In this document: positions 12,122 to 23,604 of the stretch, piece after piece
How the letters are laid out: every line of letters starts with the position of its first letter
How positions within the stretch are numbered: position 1 is the first letter of the stretch
Assembly: GCA_965235115.1 (NCBI GenBank)
Contig: OZ249436.1
Coordinates: 23,190,001 to 23,254,000 of the forward strand
Reading direction: 5' to 3'
DNA from: Laetmonice hystrix
Lineage: Eukaryota
DNA: 64,000 bases
Notes under the pieces: generated by a model
The model's input: the letters and a program-made list of their open reading frames with translations, nothing else
Databases searched by the model: none
What the model was told of the DNA's origin: nothing
Program-made: the position numbers and the translations under genes

Positions 12122-13149
12122 TTAGTTCGTTTGGTCAACTCTACTTCTACGCGGGTCCATGAATATGACGTCACATGGTTTGACCGCGCATGTTCAATCG
12201 AGTTGCGCTCGAACGCGTTCTAAGGTCTCAAACATGGCGGCGATGCCGATAACACTGTACTCCTCTGTACTCCATGGAAAACTTTACTATACACTTTCGC
12301 GTTAGTAGTGACTGTGCAGTGACTGTGACCTTGCACTCGTACCGTACATAACCAGAGGGATGAGATCGGTATCTCTCCGCCCCCCGATCGTACGGTAACA
12401 AAAATGACAAATTAAAAAGTAATTACAAACACAAGAAACCAGCGAAATAAATACAAATAGAGTGATACAGTAGTCTACTAGCCCCCCCCCCCGACTTATA
12501 TTTCGTCACCCATGATTTTGTCATAGAACTTTCCATTTTAAGTTTAGGTTGAATAGGCCTAACGTTATAGATCTAGGACCAGTTATACTATGTAGGCCTA
12601 GATCTAATCATGTTTTTTTTAATTCACCCACTCGAACAAATATTTCTTGTAGCCTAATGCAGATTAGATGTGGCCAGCGTGGTCAGAAGTCAAAGACGGT
12701 ACAATACTGTGCAAGACGTACGTGTTCAAAGTCACTACTAACGCGAAAGTGCATAGCAAAGTCTTCCATGCACAGAAAATCTCAGAGGGCAAAAACTACT
12801 CAAATATTCGTCAATCTGAGTAGTTTTGCCTACTCAATCCAAGCACCTCAAAAGGAGTAGTTTTGGGTACTCAGAAGGTACTCATCTTGAGTAGGCAACT
12901 ACTCGTAAATTCGGCGTTATAAAGGGTTTTGACGAATTTTAAGGGTTACATGGAATACGCTTTTAACCGGAAGTTTGAACATTTTCAAAAGCGTGGATGA
13001 AAAAGTCGCGAAGAGCAGGTCGAACCCGAGAGATCGAACTTCGGAGGCCTAGATCTACATGAGGAGTAAGTAGTTGAAACTCTCTCGTTAATATATTAAC
13101 GAAAGATGAAATAACGTATCACATATAAGTAAGTAGTTGAACCTCTCTA

Positions 13150-13361
13150 TAGTCTGTTCACTCTAAGAAGAGCTCGACCTCGGCCTCATTAAAGCTATTA
13201 CTTCATTTGGGGCAATACAGAACCACGTGGAATTTGGTCATATTTTTGAATGACAGGCGGTGATGACTTGTGATACGCCAGCTGTGGGTAGACGGGAGGA
13301 GGGGGGCAGGTCAGAGCTTTAATGAGGCCGAGGTCGAGCTCTTCTTAGAGCGAACAGGCTA
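13150..13361. mobile_element. 212-bp MITE with ~47-bp TIRs
   Basis: TAGTCTGTTCACTCTAAGAAGAGCTCGACCTCGGCC.. with its inverse; flanked by TA/TA. Confidence 0.85.
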
Positions 13362-13579
13362 TAGATATATTAACGAAAGATGAAATAATGTATCACATAT
13401 GATGATATTTTTGATGTATACCCGTTCATGATGAGGCAACCTTGTGACAGTGAGCCATCACGATTCACGACCATGAGGACCATGTTACGTGTAGATGTGG
13501 TGTAGGTAGGTCAAGCGGCATCTGATTATCTGGTTTTCACTGTTCGAGCCAGGTGTGATCCTTGCAATGATCAACAGAT

Positions 13580-13862
13580 TAATTAGAAATTAGAATTAGA
13601 ATAAGAATAGAAATAGAAATAGAAGATTTATTAATTAAATATAAATATAATATAAATATAGATATAATAAATATAGATATAATATTAATTAAATATAGAA
13701 TAATTATAGATTAATTATAGAATTAATTATATGAACCTTAGTTATAGAATTAAGTATAGAATTAAATATAAAATTAAATATAAAATTAAATATAGAATTA
13801 TAGATATAGATTATAAATATAGAATTATAGATTAACAATAGAAAATATCAGATTAATTATAG
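13580..13862. repeat. AT-rich low-complexity tract
   Basis: ATATAGA/ATTAA degenerate repeats. Confidence 0.9.
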
Positions 13863-15426
13863 GTTGCAATGAACTCGAGGCAGCCTCAAAATGAAACCAG
13901 GATAATTGTGTACCTATTTTTGTAATCAAGTTTTTCCTTTTAATGTGCTGGGAGGTCTGTCATGGTAGGAGACATAAAGGTTTATTCCTCCAAGGGATAA
14001 TTTTTGCTTTGATTCCAGTTTGCTTTGAATGGGCTGGGAGGCCTGTCGTGGCTTGAGACGAAAGGTTTATTCATCCAAGAAATGGCCAGACAACATCATG
14101 GCCATTTCACTAAAGTCTTCTTATCAGTTACGTTCGTGGGTATCGTGACTGGATACTGAATGGATGTGACCTTTGTAATAGGCCTACATTAAAATCTATC
14201 TGAAAAAGACATGTTTTGTATTTCTTTTTTTTCTTCAAAGTTGATTTTGCTTAATTCCTTTGTATTTACACGTAATCCATAAAAATGACGCCCTCTGTTT
14301 CAGGTATAAGTCCCCCTTTACAGAACTGGACTGCGTTCTCTTGGTTCAGAAAAGAAAAGAAATTATAACACCTATTTACAAATGATAACGAGTTTCTGAC
14401 GAATTATGGACGAATTGACGAGTTTACCTTCGTCAGACAGGAAGATTTGAGTACCCAAATCTACTTCTTTTGAGGTACTTGGATTGAGTAGGCAAAACTA
14501 CTCAGATTGACGAATATTTGAGTAGTTTTTGCCCGCTGAGATTTTCTGTGTGGAGTACAGAGGAGTATAGTGTTATTGGCATCACTGCCATGTTTGAGAC
14601 CTTAAAACGCGTTCGAGCGCAACTCGATTGAACATGCGCAGTCAAACCATGTGACGTCATATTCATGGACCCGGGTAGAAGTAGAGTTGACCAAACGAAC
14701 TAAGCCCTAGACATTTGGCGAGAATCGCAACCTACCCTTTGTGCATGACTTTAGACGTCTATATAATTTGCATAGCTTTGATTCACGTCATGCTTTTTAA
14801 ATAGCATAGAGATGAAAAGTTTGAAATGCGCAAACTGACTGTGAGGTCGACGCCGCCATGTTAACTGGAGTTCTACCCACCTCCCCATGGTGCTTCACGG
14901 TTCGGGTGGAACACGGATAGATCTCGTCGTACGCGGGTACCAATCGAACTATGCCTCGGCAAGCGTCACCACGTGACCCACGCGTTGGCGACCTTGATTC
15001 GTAGCAAGCCAAACCAACCCGTCACAATACGTACCATCCGTAGCTACGTACCAATACTTGCTGTGATCCGTTCCTATACGTACAACACTTACCTATACGT
15101 ACCAACCCGAAAAGGATACAACAACCCGTAGTCGATCCGTCACCGATCACGTAATCACGGCTTAATAGGGAAGCACGAAGTGTGCACTAAGGGTTGCTAT
15201 CGTCTACGGGTTACTACGTGTCATCTACGGGTTGCTATACGGGTCCTCTACGGGGTTTTTATCTGTGGTCGAAATCAAAAATGTTTTGAACATGTTCAAA
15301 ACCTTTCCACGGATCGAAAGGCCGCTACGGATCGGTACGGGTTGCCACGGGTATAGTTACGGAACATCCCGGATCACGCCGGATCGGACCACAGATCATG
15401 CCGGATGCGCCCGTAGCCCCGATCTG

Positions 15427-15849
15427 GGTCGGGGCCCATAAGTTTTTGCCTAAAAATTGACGTAGCGTTAACGTAAGAAGTAGAATGCTACTTCTTATAC
15501 CGATTTGACGTAGGCCCGCCTCCGTCCAAGTGGAGAGCCTCGGTAGGGACTTTTCTTTGGCGTGATGTGGGCCTTTATTTCAACGCTACATCAATTTTTA
15601 TTAAAACTTTAATGGCACCACATAGAGTATATTCCTCGTGCCACCATGAAACTTCATATATGTTGATGTAACATTATAAACTACATTAATTCAAAGTTTC
15701 GTATATTAATTCCTATTTTAGGAAGTTACGCAGGCAGGCTCCACCTGCGTAGAAATAAGCCCCTTACGTCAGTTACGTCGGTTACTTCTATTTGACATAA
15801 GTGATTATGGGCTATCTAAATTCTGACGTAACATTTATGGGACCCGACC
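15427..15849. mobile_element. Harbinger-type MITE with CWG TSD (family G copy 1)
   Basis: TIR GGTCGGGGCCCATAA / TTATGGGACCCGACC; TSD CTG/CTG; inverted copy at 37847-38268. Confidence 0.85.
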
Positions 15850-16449
15850 CTGGCAAGATCCGGCGCGCGATCCGGGAAAGTGTGACGGGGGCTTTATGAT
15901 GTCATCAGAGTTGTGCGCAGGGAATCACTATTGCTAGTAAGGTTGCAGGATTATTTTCAAAGATATTATAAATGCTTCAGTGTTTGTGCAGGGAGTTTTC
16001 AGAGCGGCGGGGGTCATGGTATAACATAAGACGTCTAAACTTGTACGGCCTCGGTACCAAATATTTCAAGTTCGCTGCATGTTTCTAAAAATGAGTATAA
16101 TGTGCATTATCGATGGTATTTTAAAATCCAAGCAAAAAGGTCCCTTATCACAAGCTAAGGCACACAAAGAGCTTATCAAACTTTATTGAAACTGTACTGA
16201 AAGGCATATGGTGTCTCAAGAGACCATTTCGTGAAGTTAACATGAAAATGAATATAACTACTAACGATTACTATCACACTCAGCAACCACCATGTCCTGC
16301 CTTTTCACAAGGTTTAAAGGAAGTTTTTGTTCATTAGCTCTAAGTAAAGTTTTCAATGGTTATACAAGTGAAATTGTGTAATTGGTCAAATGTATCATGT
16401 TCAGAATATATAGATCCAATAATCTGGCGTATAATACCACAGGAGTTAA

Positions 16450-16999
16450 AGCCCGGTATTCACTACCACGTCACCGTCACCGTCACCGTCGACGACGCCG
16501 TCAATACCCAGACTTTGACGTGATAGTGGATATGGTCGGCGCCGTCGAACCCCACGTCAAAACCTTCGACGTGGGGTCGACGGCTACGTTAACGGGAGGC
16601 TCCCGTCAAATTCAGAACATTTTGAATTCGACGGTGCCATTTGCTCAGACGTACGTCAGATGGACGGTTTGTTGAATGTTTCCACCCATTGCTGCTAGGT
16701 CTACACGCTACTCGCTGTGCGCTAGGCGCCGCCACACATCCGTCACGACACGAGACTCGGAATAAACATGGTTCAAACAGGCCTTCCAACTGAAAGAACG
16801 ACGCAGGTCGTAACGCACGTCGGAAACGTAGCAGTGAATATACCTGACGGCGTCATGGGCGGTCATTGACGCCGTCATTATTGACGTGACAGTTTGTACC
16901 CCACGTCGGTACCGCCGTCGGACCTCACGTCGAACCCCACGTTATAGGTTTTAACGTGGGGTTCGACGGTGACGGTGATGTGGTGATGGATACCCGGCT
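16450..16999. mobile_element. Harbinger-type MITE (family H)
   Basis: Imperfect TIR AGCCCGGTATTCA.. / ..GGATACCCGGCT; TSD TAA/TAA. Confidence 0.8.
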
Positions 17000-17057
17000 T
17001 AAAAAGTGTTATGATACTGTGAGGTCATTCACGTCAATCATGCTAAGCATAGTATGA

Positions 17058-17575
17058 TCCCGTTCACACTTGCACGTAGTCAGCGCCGTAATGTGCCGTA
17101 ATCATTACGTGAGACTTTCGTGAGAAATACGTGAGAGTTATTAGGGGTTAGTACGTAGTACTACGTAATCTCTATGTAATCGCATGTAACACTACGTAAT
17201 CCCACGTAATGCTACGTAGATATCTTGAGATTTGAGGCGAGATATTTTGTAGCGTCGTTTTTTTTGTGACTGCACTAACTTTACATGGCATTACGTGAGA
17301 CATTACGTAGGATTACGTACGACTACATGAGAATACGTGATGCCATGTCTACATAATACTAATACGTAATACTAGGCCTACGTGATCTCACCTAATGCTA
17401 CGTAATGCTACGTACAATGGCTACGTAATCCAGAAAATTTTGGACATGTTGAAAACCACGTATTCTCACGTATTGCCCCTCGCCTCCCGTACTCTAAATG
17501 CTCAAGTACTCACCTCCCGTAATTCCACGTATTAATGTTATGTGAGATTACGGTGCCGACTACGTGCAAGTGTGA
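17058..17575. mobile_element. Harbinger-like MITE rich in TACGT, right end degraded
   Basis: TCACACTTGCACGTAGTC / GACTACGTGCAAGTGTGA inverted pair. Confidence 0.7.
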
Positions 17576-18584
17576 GAGCTACTCGAACTGACAGGGCGCA
17601 CAAAATGATGTTGCCTGCAAACATAGTGTCCGTACCCATTACACGTTGTTGTTGTCTTGATTTTAGTGCCGCCTGATGACACTTTTGCCTGAGGTCCCTC
17701 AGACCCCAAGTGCCCTTCAACGTAGGTCTAGGAAACCAATTTGCATAACTGGAGGCTATGTAAACATGAATAAAAAATAACAACGTAAATTTGTTCGTAA
17801 AAGAGTTGGGAAGAGATTTTCTTCAACTTTGGTTATTGCCACTCTTATCGATATCATCTAATATCATCCCAACATAATCGATATCACCATCTTCGCGCTC
17901 ATCATCATCGCCAACATCATCGCCACCATCATCATCATCGGTGCGCACTTTTTTCCTTATCAAAATTTATATCGCTGGCAAAAGCGATTCCAGGTATGCA
18001 GATTGCTGTGAGGAGAGATTGCTGTTGTAAAGGAGACAACCATGGTGCATGATAGCTTACCGCTCCCGGTGCACCCCCTAGCGGCAGACTCAGCAAGCGG
18101 TTGGACGCGTCCGTCTCGGGCTGACGCCTTCGATAAACCGCGATTTGACACGAAGGAATTCATGAATCCCAGGTCGCATTAAAGCTGATCCTCAGAGCAC
18201 GACTCCAGACAACCAGAACATGTTCTCGTGTCCAGCCGCGAATCCCCAGAAACCAGGAGTTTGTTTTCGCCATGCCAAGCCAGTCTTCTGGGAAAGAGCG
18301 TGCCGGCCAAGCTTGAAATTGCCGCCGCCCACAAAATCTGTTTCGGCCGGCGATTGCGTGGTTGGAAATGGTCCCTGCCTTCGGCGCCCGGTCCAGCCTC
18401 TCGGCCCCCTGGCGTCCCCTCTCCCTTCACCCAATGTGGAAAGGGCGGTGATCGATCGCCGCCAAAAGGTGGAGGTGTCTCTGTCATCAAGGGAGGGAGG
18501 GGGGGGGGAGGAAGGAAGAATGGAAGGAAGGAACGAACGAACGAAGGTGGATGTGTTGCGTTACGTCTGGTGAATAAACAGGTT

Positions 18585-18772
18585 CAATTTCTGTCCGGGA
18601 GGCAACATTTTTATTCCTACGCTAGCTCGGGACAAATGCGGATCTTAACCAATCACCTGCGGAGCACACCTAGTTTGTCCTTTGTTGTTTTCCCCTTCAT
18701 ATTTTTCAAAAATGGTTAGAGCTAGGGATAGGGGTAGCGTAGGAAATAGAAATCGCGTCCCGCGGAGCAGTT
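18585..18772 (+). mobile_element. Short Helentron-like non-autonomous element
   Basis: Subterminal IR TATTCCTACGCTA / TAGCGTAGGAAATA with a GTTAGAGCTAGGG tract before the right arm. Confidence 0.4.
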
Positions 18773-19826
18773 TGACGTACTGGCTGTTGCGAAGGCGTAC
18801 CCCCCGCCAATCCACATCAAAACCATCATAAACACGCGCATAGTTTCTATTTATTGGTACCTTTACCTTTGAAACAGCTCATTCTTTAATGCGCACACAG
18901 GCACGAAATCAATGCAACAACGCAGGTGGCCGTTTTATAAACCATCTTTAAGCTGAGTCGCGCTCATACATGAGGTACGATACCTCTTCAAAGTGCCGTG
19001 AGAACGACTGCAATTACACACGTTCGTACGGTCATCTTTTGAGCGCGACTGGCAAAGTTACATCACAGCCCACTTCAGGTTGATCAACAAGTGCGAGTGA
19101 CAAGCCAAACGGCCGATGTTTGAGGAACATGGAATTGAACTGAATGGAATTGAATTTATTGCCACAGGAATTTTTGAAAAATAACCTTGGTGTACACAAA
19201 TTGATTAATAAAACCATAATAGTGGGTTTATTTTAGTTCAATGGATCAGGGAAAACGTATCAGTGATGACAGAGTAAGGCGTTGTGAAAAATCTGGTAGG
19301 GCACAATCCTTCACACACTTCATACGTGATATTCATTAGAAAACAATTGACAGTACAAGTACGAACTTGTAGAAGTTGGTATAGCACCGCCCGCCCGTGT
19401 CGCTGTGGTCAGAGCGCTCCTCACGTCTGTCCTCCAAATCTAACGTTCCTGAATAATTAGGATAGGAAGCCCATTGATCCAGGCTTGATAACCTTCAGTA
19501 ATTCAGTAACGGAAAGGAATGCATCCAGACCGCAAAGTACATGTAGTTCACTGACAACGTGCGGGGCCTTGAAGCACTGAAAGCTATTTTTAGGCCTGCC
19601 GTGCTCACTCAGTCACCCATCCAAATATTCTTGACTCGGTGATTAGACTGACGAACTACACACAATCACAATGCCACTCGGGAAACTGGGTCGATTTAGT
19701 TCTATGAATCTGACTAATGTCAGTAAGCTCTCGTAATGTTTTCTTTTATAACCATTTGAGGATAATGGCATTAAGTACCCTAAGTGGTTTTTACAGAAGT
19801 TTTGGGGTCAGGCAATTCATTACGTT

Positions 19827-20082
19827 TGTGGCCGAGTGGTCAAAGGTGCTGGCTCATGACAGCTAGGACCATCGCCTCACACCGCTGCGGTCCGGGTTCC
19901 ATCCCTGGCCAGGGCTGCATGTGTGAAAGGTTTGTCAGTCAGTTCCTTCCCGAAGGTCGGCGGTTTCCTCCGGGCACTCCGGTTTCCTCCACCAAGAAAA
20001 ACTGACTTTCATCATCATCTTCACCGCCGTGATATGACCCTGGCTGTTGCAAGGCGTAAAACCCCAAATACCCACCCACCCT
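19827..20082 (+). mobile_element. tRNA-derived SINE with V-type central domain
   Basis: A box TGGCCGAGTGG (19829-39), B-box-like GGTTCCATCCC (19895-905), GGTTTCCTCCGGGCACTCCGGTTTCCTCCACC (V-domain-like), short-repeat tail. Confidence 0.8.
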
Positions 20083-20280
20083 CATTACATTTGTTGACCA
20101 GTGCAGGTGTCCGGATAAGACCGGAAGTCAAAATTCACAACCACATGATTGGCACATGGACACACGGGCTGGGCCACCCGACTGTCTTGCTTCGCTCAGA
20201 GCCGCTGAGGGTCGTGACTGCTGAGGGTCAAGACTGATGGACAGCCTGTGTGGTCATATGGAAGCTCTATAGCAGCGTAA

Positions 20281-20889
20281 GGGCCTGTACCCACTAGCGC
20301 GTTTTACCGCTGCGGTCCACGCTGAGCGACAAAACGCGCCAGTGGGTTCAGGCCTTACGGCAAGTACCACCGCCTTCAGGAGATATGTGGACATTTCCGA
20401 ATTACGTGGGAGTCCGAATTTTATCACGATGAATAAAACAATAAAGGCCTGAACCCACTAGCGCGTTTTGTCGCTCAGCAAAAAACGCCGCGATTTCCCG
20501 CGACGGGAAACCGCGGCGGCCCTGATTAGGCAACCTGTTCCCACTGAGGCAGGAAACGCATACCGGTCATCATTCACTTCCCTTCAGGTGTCACGCACCG
20601 CCGCGGTTAATCGCTTCGAATGCTATTTTTGCAACGGCTTTTTCCCCTGTGCGTCGGCCGCGGCGGGGTCAATCAGGTATTTTTGCCGCATCGCTCAAAT
20701 GGAAACCATTCTATGAAATTCAGTTGTACCAATCTCGGCGTTGTGCGTCGCGATTTCCCGCAGCGTGGACCGCGGCGGTAAAACGCGCTAGTGGGTACAG
20801 GCCTTTACAACTAAAGGCCTGAACCCACTAGCGCGTTTTGTCGCTCAGCGTGGACCGCAGCGGTAAAACGCGCTAGTGGGTACAGGCCT
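20281..20889. mobile_element. Composite of two inverted 75-bp mini-MITEs around a ~96-bp spacer, with a 360-bp parent element inserted at 20445-20804
   Basis: Minis at 20281-20355 and 20815-20889; outer TSD TAA/TAA. Confidence 0.8.
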
Positions 20890-20892
20890 TAA

Positions 20893-21218
20893 GGCTGAGG
20901 CCACACTACCAGCTGCGGCTGTGGTGTAGCATTGCTCAAGAGATAGCCAAGCTTTGAGCTGTGAGGCGATGGTGGCCACACCAATAGCAATAATCGCTGG
21001 CTGTAATTGCGCTTCCCTCTTGAGGTCGAGAGGTCAAATATCGGGGCTCGAGCTGTGAGCGACGATATACTTTGAAAAGTCAAGCGTCGCTCATCGCTAG
21101 CACCGACCGCGCGGCCACAGCTCATTATCGCTTTTGGTGTGGCCACCATCGCCACAGCTCAAAGCTTGGCTATCGCTTGAGCAATGCCACAGCCGCAGCT
21201 CATAGTGTGGCCTCAGCC
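20893..21218. mobile_element. Harbinger-type MITE (family J)
   Basis: TIR GGCTGAGGCCACACTA / TAGTGTGGCCTCAGCC extending ~70 bp; TSD TAA/TAA. Confidence 0.9.
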
Positions 21219-21298
21219 TAAGACGGGATTCACAAAACGGGTCGCGGCGCAGCGAAGCGAAATTCTCGCCAGTTTGGGCTTTAAGTCATATACTCTTA

Positions 21299-21544
21299 AG
21301 GCCTGTACCCACTAGCGCGTTTTACCGCTGCGGGCCACGCTGAGCGACAAAACGCGCTAGTGGGTTCAGGCCTTTAGCTGTTATTGTTGTATTCATCGTG
21401 ATAAAATTCGGACTCCCACGTAATTCGGAAATGTCCACATATCTCCTGAAGGCGGTGGTGCTTGCCGTAAGGCCTGAACCCACTAGCGCGTTTTGTCGCT
21501 CAGCGTGGACCGCAGCGGTAAAACGCGCTAGTGGGTACAGACCT
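21299..21544. mobile_element. Second, inverted copy of the mini-MITE/spacer/mini-MITE composite (246 bp)
   Basis: Minis at 21299-21373 and 21470-21544; spacer is the reverse complement of 20356-20444; outer TSD TTA/TTA. Confidence 0.85.
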
Positions 21545-21777
21545 TTATTGACCGTTCACAGACGGTAGCGGGACGAAGCGGTGTGAAGCGATGCCGCGCG
21601 GCCCTGGCGCAGCGAAAATTGGGTTTGGCTGGCTGAGCGAAAAAATGAAAGCGCTCTCTTCGCCGTCGGCGTCAGCCAATCAGATCAGGGCCAGCGGTGT
21701 GGCCCTATATAATAGCTAGGGGGCCTTGTCGCATCATGATTGTCTGCTGTTCTTAGCCTGACTTTTTTTTTTTTTTT

Positions 21778-21808
<31 letters not shown>

Positions 21809-22069
21809 GGTGGTGGTGCGGTAAGCCTCTTGGATCTGCGCATGAACAAATATTGTGGACATTGATCCCCGCCCCTCGGTCAGGATTTCAGGAAATTTTA
21901 CAGCTGGCCACTTTCATCCCTGGTCCTTTTATAAATATGAATGTTCTTTTGGACAAAGGAGAGGTGTGTAAAAGGAACTATAAACATGCTAGTATATAGG
22001 CCTACTTTAAACATATAAATAATAAATAAATATAGGATGTCTAACGGTAGGGATTCTAGGGCATCAACC

Positions 22070-22395
22070 CCTGAATATTAACCCCCGTAGGACGTCTGCC
22101 CCCTAGGACATCTGCCCCCCCAGACATTCACCCCCCAGACATTAACCCCCGTACTTCTGCTCCCTGGGACATCTGCCCCCCAGACATTCACCCCCTGACA
22201 ATAACGGCGTGGTACTTCTGCCCCCCTGGGACCCTAACCTAACCCTAACTCTAACCCTGTCCTACGGGGGTTAATGTCCAAGGGTGAATGTCTGGGGGGA
22301 GGCAAATGTCCTAGGGGGGCAAAAGTCCTACGGGGGCAAATGTCCAGGGGGGGGGGATCCGGGGGCAAATGTCCGGGGGGCAGATGTACGGGAAT
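22070..22395. repeat. Fold-back element of GGACATCTGCCCCC subrepeats with a central CCCTAA-like tract
   Basis: C-rich left half mirrors G-rich right half; CCCTAACCTAACCCTAAC at ~22232-22258. Confidence 0.65.
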
Positions 22396-22510
22396 ATATT
22401 GACCTACGTGTAGGCCTAGGCCTATTGTAGGCCTATGCATAGTTCCGATTTGTCACCGTAAGCCACGCCCCCTTAACGACGGTAACTATGTCCCACAACA
22501 TTGATACAAA

Positions 22511-23120
22511 ATGGCGCGAGTTTCAACCTGGCGCGACTGTGTCGTCGTCATCCCAGACAACATTTCTGTTTCTTTTCACCTCAGAATTTGCATCCTAAAG
22601 CATTAGAAAAGGGTCTAAATTACTATGGACATAAGGTCATGTTTACGACATTAAAATACGGGGGGAGTCGCTTGAAACAGGTGTGAACGTCTCTGGATGT
22701 TGGCGCTCGATGCAAGTCACAAGTGACAAGACGGAGGAGCCGCACTAGATTCATTTGCGTAGAACTTTTTAAGGACACAAGTATCAATAACTGAGGCGCA
22801 CTGTTCTTGCAAAGCTGGGTAAAGTAAAATGACACAAAGTAACCAACTTTCTAACTCGTGCACAAAGTAACAGATTTGTTAAAATTGCGGTCAAACGTCA
22901 AACATCGCGGAACTTTGATTGACCTACAATCTACATGATCACAGCAGAGATCACCCATTTCATTATGCACTATGTCTATCTATCCTCTACTCTAGAGCCA
23001 TGTCTGTAAGTGACAGTAAAGTCTACAGCCAGAGTAGATCTGTGCCTCACGCTGTGGCCAAAGCGTTCTTTGGCCACAAGTCGCCTCTGAGCACTGCCAC
23101 GTACTGCCACTGGCGTGGGA
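22511..23120 (+). pseudogene. Remnant of the convergent second ORF of the ISL2EU-like element (N-terminal part)
   Basis: Peptides KALEKGLNYY and SKVYSQSRSVPH resemble the region preceding the SWIM/YqaJ domains of ISL2EU accessory proteins; position and orientation fit. Weak similarity. Confidence 0.4.
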
Positions 23121-23604
23121 ACCGCTCCCCCCCCCTTCTCCGGGTGGGGAGGGGGTGGGATCGGAGTGTGGTCGGAGGTGTGTGGAGGGGGGGGGGGTGC
23201 AAAGATATGTTTGCGCCAGGTCTTTCGTGCAGTGCTGGTTCCGTACCTGCATGTGCCCCCCCCCCACCGCCCCCTGACCGCCCCCCCACCCCCACCGCCC
23301 CCCCACCTCCCCACCGCCTACCCACCCCCACCGCCCACCGCACCATCAATATGTTTCATCAACACCGTTTGGAGATGTACAGCTTTGGGTCTTACCTGTC
23401 TTACCAGGTAATATCATTATGGACAAAAAACAAATAAGATATTGTTTCTTATTATTTTTAATAGTTATGCATGTGCTATCAAACACTTCCCACTTCACAT
23501 CTTCCTCTTCTCATGAACACCGAGTCTCACTTTAATCCTTATCTTTCATAAAAGTATCTTGAAGGAGCGTAAAAAAAAAAAACACACTAAATCTTAGTGA
23601 TTTT

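Larger units (their letters stand above)
12771..14550. mobile_element. CAC..GTG element with 2-bp TSD (EnSpm/CMC-like, non-autonomous)
   Basis: ~90-bp TIR CACAGAAAATCTCAG..; TSD TG/TG; removing it restores the right TIR of D. Confidence 0.85.
11779..14733. mobile_element. Long-TIR (~220 bp) non-autonomous DNA transposon (family D), both TIRs interrupted
   Basis: 11779-11810 plus 12125-12313 is the reverse complement of 12730-12770 plus 14553-14733. Confidence 0.8.
11433..15893. mobile_element. Harbinger-type element (family C) carrying nested insertions
   Basis: TIR AGCCCCCGTCACACTTTCC / GGAAAGTGTGACGGGGGCT; flanks TAA/TTA. Confidence 0.75.

Noticed and set aside
20281..21544. Bacterial REP/BIME cluster or contamination
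   Set aside because: Units have TWA TSDs and a longer parent MITE, and are embedded in eukaryotic repeats.
22232..22258. Interstitial telomere
   Set aside because: Only a few degenerate CCCTAA units inside a fold-back repeat.
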